Assembly (NCBI RefSeq): GCF_011386835.1 | Contig: NC_088810.1 | Location: forward strand, 24,676,001-24,740,000 | Direction: 5' to 3' | From: Chrysemys picta bellii | Taxonomy: Eukaryota | DNA: 64,000 nt | Part shown: piece by piece, positions 24,601 to 36,681 of the stretch | Numbering within the stretch: position 1 is the stretch's first letter | Layout: every line of letters begins with the position of its first letter | Notes under the pieces: generated by a model | What the model was told of the DNA's origin: nothing | Database searches by the model: none | What the model saw: only the letters and a program-made list of their open reading frames with translations | Position numbers and translations under genes: made by a program

Positions 24601-27600
24601 TAAGGGGGGTGCCGGCCAGATGCAAGGGCTTGGGTCAGAACGGCACCACGAGTGGGCCAGCCGTGGGGGAGAGTCCCCCTCCCCCCTGAGGGAGCCCTGG
24701 GCGGAGGTGGGATGGAGCCCAGCCATCAAGGGAACCTGGACACGGAGCAAAGACCCCACAGCTGCTCACTCACCGGGTCTCCCCCTGAGGCGAAGGAGAT
24801 GGACTGCATGTGATGGTTGGCGATGATCTGTGGGGAAGGGAGAGCCGTTGGTTAGACACAGCACCCGGCTGCTCTTCCCAGCCAGGGATGCCTGTGGGGG
24901 GGAGGTACCCCCAGGGATGTGGGGTCTCCACTTGGCCTTTGGACGCCCCCCCAGAGCTGGCAGCCATGGACCTGCCCTGCACAGTGCCCATATTGTGGCG
25001 TCATGGGCCTGGGTCGAACCAGTGACCTTCTGCAGGGGGCCCAGCACACGGGGTGCGAGGGGCAGGCCTGGCCTGTGTCCCCAGGTAGACAGGGAGCGGA
25101 GCTGCGGACTGGGTAGGCAGGGGCGGGAGCCCCACTCTGCTGGCTCCCCAGCCAGAGCAGGCGGGGAGGGTGCTCTGGGCCCCGGTGAGTCTCACCTGTT
25201 TGCAGTCGGACGCCATGAGGTTGAGGCTGCTGGTGGAGATGGTGAGGGTGATGGGCATGCCGGCAAATTTGAGGTTGCTCTTGCCCAGGATGGAGTTCAG
25301 TGAGCGGCCGCAGGGCTGCGGAAGCAAAGGACCGTCCGCTAGGGGGCTGGGGCAGAGACCCTGGGCTCAGTAACACCAGCTCCCTCGCAGCCCAGCCCCC
25401 GTGCAGGCCCCACCGCCCCAGAAAGGCCGCAGCCCAGCCCCTGCGGCCTGGCTTAGTACTCGATCTCCCCCCACCTCACATCCATTAACCAGCAGCAGGG
25501 CGCCCCGTGCACTGAGCGGGGGAGGGCCTCGCTCCTCCATTAGCGCCAGACAGGGCCGCTATCGATCAGCCCCCCGCAGCGGGGGGCCTATCCCAGCCCA
25601 GCCGCGGCTGCCATCCCACTGCCAGGGGCAGCCACAGGGGCTGGAGGCTCCTGCTCCAATAGATGAGGGGGGAGCACGGGCACCCTCCCTTCCCCCTCTG
25701 CAAACACAAGGGCTTCTCAGCCCCCAGTGTCCCCCCCGAAGCCTCCTGCCAGACACCAGCACTGCCTGATTCCTAGAACCTGGGGTCAAATCCCAGCTCT
25801 GACCCAGCTGAGCGGGGGCTGGTCCTTCCTGCCTCCCTGGGGCGAGTGGGTGAGAGCATAAGTGTGTGCGAGGCGAAGGAGCCGAGTCCTGGCCCTTTGC
25901 CTCTGCACCCCCACTCCTGGCCCCAGGGAGTCAGCGTCAGGACTGCCCAGACTCTGGGCTCCTGCTCCAACCGCCTTTCGGCCTGGCCTTACCTTCCTCC
26001 TCCGGACGGCTCCTTTGGCACCGGGCACTGCCTCGCACACCAGGCTGATCGCCTCCCTGCGGGAACCACAGGACAAAGTCAGGGCAGCCCCGGGGAGCGG
26101 CCAGGCCCCAGCCACTTCCCCCGATTAGCTCCCCGCAGTATCCCTTCCCTCAGGGCCCGGTGACACACAGACCCGAATGCTGGGAGGGCAGGCACAGATG
26201 GGGTGAGCGAAGCTACAAGGAGACGGGCCCCTCGCCCAAGGCCTGGAAGCGGCTCTGCAAGGGGGATCGGCCCTGCCCCCCAAAGAGGCTGCAGTCGTTC
26301 ATACACACGAGCCTTGTGCAAAGGGGCCAAGGGGCGTGGGCTGGGTGCAAAAAGGGGGGAGGGGCTGGGAAGGGACTCCCATCCTGAGAGTCCCCAAACC
26401 GTCCTCTCCAGGCCGGCCCAGCAGGGCGCAGCCGGGGGGAGGGACGTGGGTGGGGCCCAGCCGGGGCGGGGAGGGGGGGGAGGGACACGGGCGGGGCCCA
26501 GCCGGGGGGGGGGGAGGGACATGGGCGGGGCCCTGCCGGGGGGGGGGACACGGGCGGGGCCCAGCGGGGGGGGGGAGGAGGAGGGAGGGACACAGGCGGG
26601 ACCTCCTTTGTCTGGCAGAGGCTGGAGCCAGCGTCTGGTTTCACTTGGAAGCACTGGTCTCCCTGGCACCTCCCCTGCAGCTGCCGTTCAGACCCCAGCA
26701 TGCTCCTTGGCAGCTGCCACCCAGCAGCACTGGTGGGGGGCAGGGGGCACCATGGGACGTGCTCTGGGCCCAGAGTGGCCTGGCTGCCTGATGGGCTCCC
26801 GCCCTGCTCCCCCGAGCTCAGCTCAGCCACAGGGCACTGGGTCAGAACCCACCCTCCGGGCCTGTGGGCATCAGTGCAGGGGGTACGTGCGGGTGCACCT
26901 CCCAGCGTGAGGCCTCTCTGCCCACAGCCAGCGTCCGAGCGCCTGCGGCTCACCTGGTGACCTGAGTCCTGGTGTTGAAATCCAGCGCCCGCATGGACTG
27001 CAGAACTTCCACGCAGCCCATGTACTGAGAGAGAGTGAGAGCGCATCAGACGTCAGCCCAATGGCACAGCCCAGCCCCTCCCGCCAGCCCCAGTGCTGCA
27101 ATGCTGGCAGGCCCCTGCACAGCTCAGCACTCAGGGCCTCCCCCAGCCCCACAGCTCCGTAGGGGGAGCTGCAGGGGTTGAACAGGGGCACTGGCTGGCC
27201 TCATCGAGGGCCATGCATGGCTCCCCGTGGGCTCACATGGGGAAGTTGGGAGCTACAGTGCTAAAGAACCCTCCCTGTGTTTCTCTAGGGGAGGGTCTGG
27301 GCTGGTGCCTGGCTCTGGGGCACCATCCCTGAGATGCCAACACCCCCCAGGCATCCCCTGGGGGATTTCACCACACAGATCTCAGCAAAACTGTGGTGCC
27401 AAACCCACCCCTGCTGCAGCTCAGATACTGCACGTGCTCAGCTCCCAGCCCCCAGCCCAGGCATCGCAGGGAGTTTATAGGAGGAACCCAGCATCCCTTG
27501 CAGGAGTCAGTAACCGACCCTCTCTGCTCCCACGACCCAGCCCCTCTGGACTCCCAGGGCTGGAGGAGCCAGGACACCCAGGGGCTCGGGGGATTGGGAA

Positions 27601-30301
27601 GGTGTGTGCGGGGAGATGCTAGATGATTACAAGGGCACAATTCCAAAGCCCCATTCCCAGGATGGTTTCGGGAGCCCGCTTGTGCCCCTTGGCTTGGGAG
27701 AGCCCTGAGCACTGCCTCTCTTGGCTCATGCCAGCTGGGTAAGCACTGGCCCTGCGGGCGTTTGCTCCCTGCCCCTGGCTGGGCTAGGCACTCATGCCAG
27801 ACACAGTAACTCTCACATCTGCTTAACAAGAACAAAGCTTCTCCATTCAGTGCCCCCCGTTTGTGGCCTTGAAGCTGGGGGGGGGAGGGGGGCTTCTCAG
27901 AAGAGTTAAATCCAGCCTTCCCTGTCTCTTCCTATGCTGTGGGGATGGGGGCACAGGGCTCTGAGGGGAGGACCCCAGCAAGGGACTCTGAGCAGGGCCC
28001 CCTGCGAGCCTCTGCAGGCTGGAAACGGGGCTGTTTAATCCTGGCTCAGGTCACAAGTGAAACGAGTTGGCTGGTCTCAGCCTGGTGCTCCGTGTGCATG
28101 TCCTGCCCCAAATGCATTGCACACACTCTAGACAGGCACACCCAGGCTGTGAGCTGCGTCAGCAGAGCTTGCGGGGAGCAGGGGGCTGCCCGGAAGAGCT
28201 GGGTGTGGGAAGCCAAGCCCCCTTCCCCGGTCCAGCCCCAGCCCGCAAGGCAGCACTCAGTAGCAGGCACCAGGGTGGCCAGCCAAGCTGAAAAGCATGA
28301 GGCAAACAGGAAAAGGCCAGCCCAGCTGGTACGCAGGGGGAAGTGCCCCACCACGCCCGTAGCTCTGCAGTTTGAGCTCACACCATGGAGGGAGACGGCC
28401 GGGAGCACCCCAGCACCACGGCTGAGGGCGTCTCTCGGAGCAGAGAGCTGGGTACTGTGCTCTAGGCACATGCGAGTCTGGCTCGGTGCTGCCCTCTGCC
28501 GCATGGCACCAGTGCTGCAGTGCTAGTGTGGGAGGCTGACCACATGTCCTGGGGGCTGTCCCTAGGGCCCCGTGCAGGGTTTACGCAGCACCCATGGATT
28601 GGGTCCAGGTATGACCCCTCCTCATCAGTTATTGGGAGTGGAGCACATCCACCCTGACTGAATTGGTGGTTCTCCCGTCTCTTCAGGTGCCAGTATATTT
28701 ATGCCTGGATCTGTAATTTTCACTCCATGCTTCTGAAGAATTGTTTTTTAACCCACGAAAGCTTCTGCCCAAATAAAACTGTTAGTCTTTAAGGTGCCAC
28801 CGGACTCCTCCTTGTGTGGGTATAGCTGGACATGCCCCATTCAAGGCACGTGGGGATAAAGGGTGGTCCAGCAGATGGCACAGCCCAGAGACTTTGATCC
28901 CAGCATGCAGTGCTCCACCTCCGAGCAAGTGGCCAGGCAGCAAAGAATGCTGGGAGCTGAAGTCTCCCCAAGCAGCTCCAACGAAGCCCCCCATTGCCAA
29001 ACCAAACGTCCGTGGGACGGAGGGCAGGGGTCCCTGCATGGAGTGACTGGGGGTGCTGGGCACCGCGGGAGGGACCCCCAGCTGGGAGCGGGTCTGGCGG
29101 GCTGCACTGGGTCACAGGCAGGGGGAAGGTTCCTGGCCACCTGCATCTGCTCGGCAAGTCCTCCGTGCCCGACAGGCTCCTGGCCCAGCACACGAGGCTG
29201 CCTCAGGACACGGGCACCAGGGCTACTCAAGAGGCCAATGCCAATGCAAGCAAGGGAGCCTGGCAACACTCCATGGAGCAGCCATGTGCTGGAGAGCTGC
29301 CTTGGGGCTGACTGCCTCCTACAATGCCCGTCTGCTGATCCCGGCTGCCCCCCGGCAAGCAGGGGTTTGGAGATCTCAGGTGAAGGGCTGAGGCCCTGGA
29401 CTCCCCGAGCAGCGGCACTGCAGAGCCACGCAGGGCCGGGCACTTGCGGGCCGCCCCCTCCATGCAGGCAATGACAGCGCCCCAGGGGTCAGAGACACGC
29501 CCTAACTGGCCCTCCCGTTGTCTCCCCCAAACCCCATCCTGCTCCCTGGCCGCCCGGCATGGGCCCCCCAAGATCTGATCCTGGAGGGCAGTGCACAAAG
29601 GGGAAAGTGCCATCTGTGCTGGATCAGCAGGGTGAGCTCCCCACACACTGCCCTGCCCAGGGGCCTCTCTGCTGGGGCGGCTCCGGCAGCTGGGCCCCTC
29701 CCCGTCCGCGCCCTGCTCCCGGCCCCTCCTCCACCCCGCCAGGGCGCCCCACTGCACTCACCCTCACGAGGTAGGAGACGCCGGGGCCCATGACCTTGTC
29801 GTCGGGGTGCAGCCAGCCACGGGTGGGCTTATTGACGAAGCTGCCGTGGCGGGTCCATTCGTCGCCCCCCAGCTGGCCGCCTTCCACCCGCGTCTTCTTC
29901 CCGCAGCTCAGCTTGTTCATATCCTGGGGACAGACAGCGACAGGCCCCGCTGAATCGGGGCCGGGGGCACCCGGCTCCCCGAGGCTCCCCGCCTCCTTCA
30001 TGCCGACGGCCGAGAAGCCCCGCAGGCTGAGCAGGTTGGCGGGGTAGGAGAGCTTCAGGTTGGCCATTTTGGGGAAGAAGGAGCACAGGGTGGTGGGGCT
30101 GTCCTCGGACTCCGACGAGAGCTCCCCGATGGGCAGCATGGGGCTGAGGGAGGAGGACGACAGGGAGCCGGGTAGGGACTGCGTGGCGACGAGGGACTCC
30201 ACTGGGGACCCTGGGGACCCCACGCCGGCCACTGCCTCCTCCAGGGAGGAGACCGACTCATTCCGGAGGTGGCTGTATTTACTCTTCTGCAGCAGATCCA
30301 T
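21612..30301 (-). CDS. SHC1: SHC-transforming protein 1: p66 (605 aa, ATG 30301), p52 (478 aa, ATG 29920), p46 (435 aa, ATG 29791)
   Basis: Exons: 30301-29762, 27024-26954, 26056-25993, 25315-25196, 24827-24774, 24381-24330, 24010-23884, 23642-23471, 23091-23031, 22595-22431, 22308-22046, 21740-21612. All GT-AG, total 1818 nt. CH2, PTB ([25 protein letters not shown]), CH1 tyrosines (YYND, YVNV) and SH2 (WYHGKMSR...FLVRES) are present. Internal acceptor cag|GATATG at 29923 for p52/p46. Confidence 0.98.
28605..28812 (+). mobile_element. Penelope-like retroelement terminal fragment (abundant turtle repeat)
   Basis: cttctgaagaa...cccacgaaagcttctgcccaaataaaactgttagtctttaaggtgccaccggactcctc, recalled as a common turtle repeat end. 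Family assignment needs RepeatMasker. Confidence 0.55.
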
Positions 30302-31299
30302 GCTGGAGGGGTTCGGGGGGGCCAATCCGGCTCCGGAGCAGGGAGCGAGGTGGCAGCCCCCTGGAGAGGCGAGGAGCCTAGGGCAGCCAGCACCCTGCAG
30401 AGCAGGAACTGCAGAAACATGGGGCTAGGCCAGCCCCCCTCCAGCACAGCATGACCGCTGGGAGAGCCGGCCTCAGCGATCCCAGCACCGAGCCCCCAGC
30501 CAAAGGGACTCCGGGCGAGCGTCACCGGGAGCAGGCAGGAGGGAGCAGCAGCGTCTGTTCACAGTCAAAGCTCATCTCCCCGCGACACGCAGCCCCGTGT
30601 GCACCGGCGCTCCCCGGGTCCGAGGAGCCAGCAGGTTCCCACTCGTTCCAGCCAGTCAATAACAAGCAGCGTGGCGAGGACAGGACAGGGAGGGACACGC
30701 CGGGGCAGCCAGCTGGAGAGCAACCCCTGGCCCCTGCCCGATTCCAGCTCAGCTGCAGAGAGGAAGCAGGCGAGGCCGCTGGCTGCACCCGAGAGGGCCG
30801 TGGGCGAGGCAGCCGGCGCCACAGGCTGAGCGGCTCCTCCACCTGTCAGGAGATCCTCACGCCGTGCTGCCCAGAGACCATTGTCCAGTCCAGCGCCCCG
30901 CACCCTGCCACGCCGCCTGCCAGCACTCCCCGGCCTGCTGCGCCAGCCCCTGCCCCCAGCCCAGCTCCCGCCGTCACCAGCTAGCAGGAAATCAAAGGCA
31001 TGAATATTTAAAGTCCGGAGACAAGGCAGCCACAGAGTGTGTTCCAGCCCAGCCCGGCTGCACTCCGGGCACCAGCCTGGAGCCGACGAGGCCCCCTCTG
31101 TGGGATTGGCGGGGGTCCCGTGGGCAAGGAGAGATGCGGCTGGCGCACGTGTCCAGCCAGGGCCTGGGGCCCCAGAGCCCCAGAGAGGAGCAGGGAGCTG
31201 GGTGCTCCGGATCCGGCCGGGCAGGGCGCAGGAAGCCGGTGCGTTCAGCCGGCCTCGGCCAGAGGTTCCCCAGCTGCCGGGAGCCGGGGAGGGAGCTGC

Positions 31300-31415
31300 T
31301 GCAGCCGCGGCTAATTGCTGCTGCTTCCTGCGCGGAGCTGGCTCTAAGTGACTGCGGCTCCCGGGAGAGGAGAGGGGGCTGCTGCCAATCGGAAGGGCAG
31401 TGCTGACTCACAGCC
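31300..31415 (-). promoter_or_regulatory. Candidate p66Shc-specific promoter/enhancer elements
   Basis: CCAAT (31385-31389), CGGAAG (ETS) and TGCTGACTCA (31401-31410, ARE/MARE) in a CpG-rich patch ~1.1 kb upstream of the p66 ATG. Confidence 0.45.
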
Positions 31416-33849
31416 TCTGCCCACAGCCTGTGGGGGGGCCTCGCTCGCTGGCTCCCTCCCGAAGGGGTGGGGTCGCAGGGAGTATCTAGAGCAGAAAATC
31501 AAGGTCACGGGTGGAGCCAGAGCAGGGGGCTCTGCCTGCTGAACACATGGGGGCAGCACAGACCGGGAGTGCCCTGTCTCTGCAGGGACCCGTGGGCCTG
31601 TGTGCCGGGCGGGGGCACCACAGCTTCCCGCGCTCAGCCCTTTCCCCCATCCGGCCCAACGCCCCCCTGGGCACCAGCAGGGCCCCGCAGCACAGAGCAA
31701 TGGGCTCCCCCAGCACCCCACTCCAAACTCCCCTTTCCGTGCTGTGCCCCAGACGCTCCGCCCCCCCGCTGTGGGTGGAGAGAGCCTTCTCCTCTGCAGC
31801 GCCTGCCACCCGCAGCAGCCGTTTGCAGACCCCGCCGAATGTGCCCTTGCCAAACCTGCCAGTCTCTCTGAGCACCGAGCAAGCACCGAGCTTGTTCCAG
31901 CACTGCAGGTGCTGGGGGGCAGCACGCCGGGGCACAGGAGACCCTAAACCCACGTTCTCCCGCTCCTTGCACCCAGGCCCAAGCCCCAGAGAGTGGCAGC
32001 CCCCGCTCCCCACTGCACGCTGCTGCAGCCAGCCCTGGACATGGCGGCACTGGGCTGAGGCCAGAGGCCTCCGGGGCAGACTCGGGTCAGAGTTTGTACC
32101 AACTGAGACGCGAGAGGGATACAATCAGCAACTTGCAAATTGGCAGCTCCCCACTGGGCCACAGACCCGTGTCTGGAGAACACGGCGCTCTCTAGCCCAG
32201 CGTACCCAGGCGAGGTGGGCAGTCCTCACTAGTGTTCAGAGTTAACGCCCAATTTAGGCCACACCACTCAAAGCTATTGTTTCAGGCTCCCTGCAGACTC
32301 AGGACAACACCTCTGCCTCGGGTCCATGCGAAACCCGTTGGCTGCTCTGCAGCCAGAAGGGCTGGAAACACAAGGGTTGGACTCCGTAGCAAACTGTGCT
32401 GGGCCCCAGACCCTGGCTCCAGCACTGGACCCAACGCCCCTTCCGACCGCCCTGGCTCTGAATGGAGGCTGAGAGGCCGGAGCTGAGCCCCGCAGGGCAG
32501 GATGGGTATTCCTGGGCGCTACCGCCCCTCAAAGGAGAAGCATGAGTAAAACACTCCTAGAGCCAGACACATCGCAGGGGAGGTTCCAGCTCCGAGCCAC
32601 GGAGCAGCATCACCTCGCCATGGCCACCCCCCCCACCCCAGGTGTCAGCGCTTCCCAGCCGCTGTGCGAGCCCTGGCAGGCAGCCACGAGCAGCGAGGGA
32701 AATGGAAGTCTGGCCAAGGCTGGAAATAGCCTCCCGAGCGGAGTGCGAAGCATCGCAAAGGGGCTGCTGCTAACTATAGCAGGGAGGTTCAGCTGGCCTC
32801 CAGGAGCCACCAGCACCATAGGGGAGAGTCCCCTGTGTGCACCCCCCAGGGAGATCCCTGTGGAGCGTGCCCCCATTCCCACCCCAGGGAGATCCCTGTG
32901 CACCCTGCACCCCCACCCCAGGGAGAACCCTGTGCACACACACCTCCCAGCAGGATTCACCAGTGCTCACCACAGCCTCTCGCACCAGGGAATGACCATT
33001 CCAGGGGTCCCTGCACAGTCCCCGGACAGAGCAGAGCTCACCCTGGCCTGGGGCCCAGCAGCTCTGCACAACCACTTGAAAGAAATGCAGGAAGCCTGGG
33101 GCCAGGAAGCAGCGACTCACCTACCCGGCCTTTCCGTGAGCCAAGCCCTGCGCGTTCCACCCCACGGCCTAGCCAGGCTGCATGCTCTTGGCAGGCAATG
33201 GAGGGGGCTTGCGCCCCCCAGAGGCCAGACAGCTGCGCACTGCCCTCTGCTGGAAGGGGCAAACAGCCAGCCCATGGAAATGGAGTCAAAGGTCACCAAG
33301 CATTTTCCAGGAGAGTCCAGGTGTCCCATGCAAACTTCAACGCCCCCTCCCCCAGCGAGTGCCCGGCCTCTCGGCTCCAGCCCTGCACCAAAGCGCTGTG
33401 CCCTACCTGCGTATCACACTTTGGGATGGGGGGCTGGAGCCGTGCCCTGCCACTCTGCCAGCGGCACCAAGACCAGCCCCAGCAGCAGCGGGAGGGGGCA
33501 GAGCTCTCCAGTGCCTGAACCCCCCCGCTCTGCACCTTTTCCACTCCCCCTTGAGCCAAGGGTCTGTTCCTGCCCACCCCACCTCCCTGGAGCAGCTCCC
33601 TACAGCGCAGGGGCCAGGATCAGAGCCGCTGGAGTCGCACACAGGAAGCAGCTGCCCTTGGGAGCAGGGAGTGAGGGGCAAAGGGAGCAGCTCAGGGCTT
33701 GGCCTTAACTCCTTCACTCCCAGACCGGGCCCAGCCCCGGAGCACAGGGGTGGGGGAGCAGGCACGGGCAGTGAGGGCTTGGTGTCGGCCTCTACCAACC
33801 GATCCCAAACGAGACCTGATCCTCTAACTCACTCCCGATCTGCAGGTTC

Positions 33850-34070
33850 CCCTGCTAGCCCAGCCAGACTCCCCCCATAGTCCCGACCAGCAGCCCCTGC
33901 TAGCCCAGCCCTGGGCTCCCCCCAGCTCTGCCAGTGCCCCTCAATCCCGACCCGCAGCCCCTGCTAGCCCAGCCCTGGGCTCCCCCCAGCTCTGCCGGTG
34001 CCCCTCAATCCCGACCCGCAGCCCCTGCTAGCCCAGCCCTGGGCTCCCCCGCACAGCTCTGCTGGTGCCC
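33850..34070. repeat. 64-bp tandem repeat, ~3 copies
   Basis: cctgctagcccagccctgggctcccc recurs at ~33897, 33960 and 34024. Confidence 0.85.
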
Positions 34071-35872
34071 CTCACTGCTGCCCTATGTTCCCCCTGCTAG
34101 AACAGTCCTTGGTTTCCCAGACATGGAGCACAGATTACATGGACCTGAGCCAAACTGCAGAGATTTAGCAAGAACATCAAAGTGGGACTAGGCTGGGACT
34201 GGACAACTCACGTCACATGTGTCTTGGGCCAGGCGGAGCCACCCCCGGCGGGCACGGACGCTCCTTGGTCCCCAGAGTCCCTTTTGCACAAGTCAGCCCC
34301 TCGGCAGAGACAAGCAGTCAAGCTGGGGCTCCACCAGGATCTGCCCCAACACTGCCCGGCTCCCCCCAGCACAACCCCCGACGGACAGCTGGGTAAACCA
34401 CTCCCAGTCACCTGCTGCCCACTCAGGCAACAGCGGGGAAACCGGGTTAAAACACACCCCTGGCTGCGTCTGGTCTGGCGGCCCCAGGAGCCCTGTCCCA
34501 GTCACATGCCCCCCGCCCCGTGGGGCCATCCGCCAGGCAGGACCAGCCAGGCTCTCCCATCTCTGCAAACCGGGATGGGGCACTGTTAGGTTCAAAGTTG
34601 CTGCAGGTGTAGCTCCCCAGGACTTCAACGGATCACATAACGGCTGCAGCATCCACCTCCCCAGGGCCTGCTGGTGGCTCTGCGCCTCCCAATGGGGCAC
34701 CCCACCCCTCTGGTGTAGTTCCCTGGGATGGAGAGCACATGACAGGGGACTCCACTAGCTAAACCTACGGCACTGCCTGTATGCGGGCCAGCAAGGCCTC
34801 CGTGCCTGGGAGTGACAGGGCCGGCTGCAGGCAGGTCTGGGAAGTAGCCCGGGCTAGCCCATGCCAGAAGGGGAGACTGCAGCCCGTGTGTGGCAGAGCC
34901 ATTAGCGAGGTTTAACTGCAGCACAGCAGCGGGTGGGGGAGCTGAAGAGGGCAGGGAGCCCATAGCTAAGAGGGGTTAAGACCTGGATGCTGCTGGGAGG
35001 TGGAGGAGGCAGAGCCCTGGGATGGTGCAGGGACAAGGCCTGGGGGATGGGGAGCCAGCGCCCTTGGAGAGCCAGACCCAGATCCCTTGAGACTGGGAAA
35101 GCAGGTGGGCCAGGAGCCTGGGCTAGAGACACATGGTCTGACCCGTGGCCACACGAGGCCTAACTCTTCTTCAGCCGCCTGTGCACAGGGAGACCCTCCC
35201 CGCCAGGCCCAGCCTTCCCAGGGAGCCATGGCCTGTGCAGGCGGCAGCCTGGGGCCAGGAGAGGAGAAGCCGGCCCCAGGGCTCTGTGGGCCCAAGGCCT
35301 GTGCTTTCCAGCCACCCTGCTGCGCTCCTGGCAAAGGCCAGACAGCAGGGCCCATGCAGCGCTGCCCCAGCCAGGCATCGTGGGGCAGGGACCCAGAAGG
35401 GGGAAGAGTGCGGCCCAGCTGCTGGGCATGGTATGTGCTCTCTGGCTGTGGGACTCCAGCAGAATCCAGCCCCTTCCAAAGCAGCTGCTCCGTCCCAGGG
35501 CTGAGCGCGCTGGCTCCAGCCCTGCAAGATCCCATCCCATTTCCGGAGAGCTGGTGGGGAAACCAAACCCTGCAGACAGCCCTCCCCCACAGCCAGTGAG
35601 CAGCACGAGAGACTCCTCCAGCCCTGCCAGATGCTCTGAGGAGCAGAGCTCACAGGGCCGGGGGCCCTCGGGGCCGTGCTGGAAGCCTCCCAACTCCTTC
35701 TCGAGGGTGGCCGCACCCAGCGGCTCTGCCTGAGCCTCCGCTGCAGGGTCCAGCGCCCGACGCCCTCCCAGGAAACGCGAACCCGGGAGCTGAGACAGCT
35801 TGGGAGCCAGACAGAGACAGTCTGTGCGAGTTCAGGAGACGCTGAACCAAGTCACACCTCCTGGGCCCTTCC

Positions 35873-36681
35873 CGTGACAAAGTGGGGGATTTTCTTGTTT
35901 GTTTTCTTGTTTTCGGTGGGGTTTCAATGGTTTGCATGCGGAGGGGGTGGGACTCGGTTTCCCTGGGTGTTACTGGTTTAACGAGGTGAGGGGAGAGGGA
36001 GTTCATTGGGACACAGGACCGGAGAGGGAACGTGGGACCCCAGCCAATGGCCTGGAGGATGGATACCCCAGCGACCGGACCCGGAGACCCAGCTCAGGAA
36101 TCGCAGCCGGTTCTGGCCAGTGGGAGGACAATGGGCTGCAGAGTGAGGACCCAGTGACCTGACCAGCCGGTTCCAGCCAGAGGACAGAAGCGAGGAGAGG
36201 AGGCCCCGGTTTACGACCCTGTTTACCTGGAGAGAAGACAATGGACTTGGGGCCGGAGAGCTCAGATGCCCAGCTGGGAAGCAGGGGGGCTCTGGGCTGG
36301 AGAGGGGGAGCAGGCAGCGCCCACCTGGAGGCAGGGAGACTGGGATGTGCTGGGCTGAGGGAGGCCAGGCCTGAGGGTCAGAGAGTTTCCTGTGCTGTGT
36401 TCAACTCTCAATAAATCCTCCCGTTTTATGCTGGCTGAGAGCCACTCCGGCCTAGAGAACCTTCGGGGGTGGAGGCCCCGGGGGTCCAGAGCGAGGGGAC
36501 TCCCTGAGAGAGCCCACGGCAGAGACAGACGTGCTAAGGCTCAGAGAGGTGCGGCTCCAGGAGGTGGAGGGGCCTGACCTCAAGAGAGAGTGGACCCCCG
36601 AGAAGGGCTGTCGCACTGAAAGGGGCACCCCCCACGGACCGCAAGGGGCCAAGAGTGGGCACGATCTGTGAGTCTGTGACA
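35873..36681 (+). mobile_element. Solo LTR-like element (~0.8 kb) in the long SHC1 intron
   Basis: Begins (c)GTGACAAAGTGGGGG and ends TGTGACA, with internal AATAAA at 36410-36415. Its 5' ~500 bp recur inverted at 55834-56336, whose end reads TGTGACGGAGTGGGGG. No clear TSD. Confidence 0.7.
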
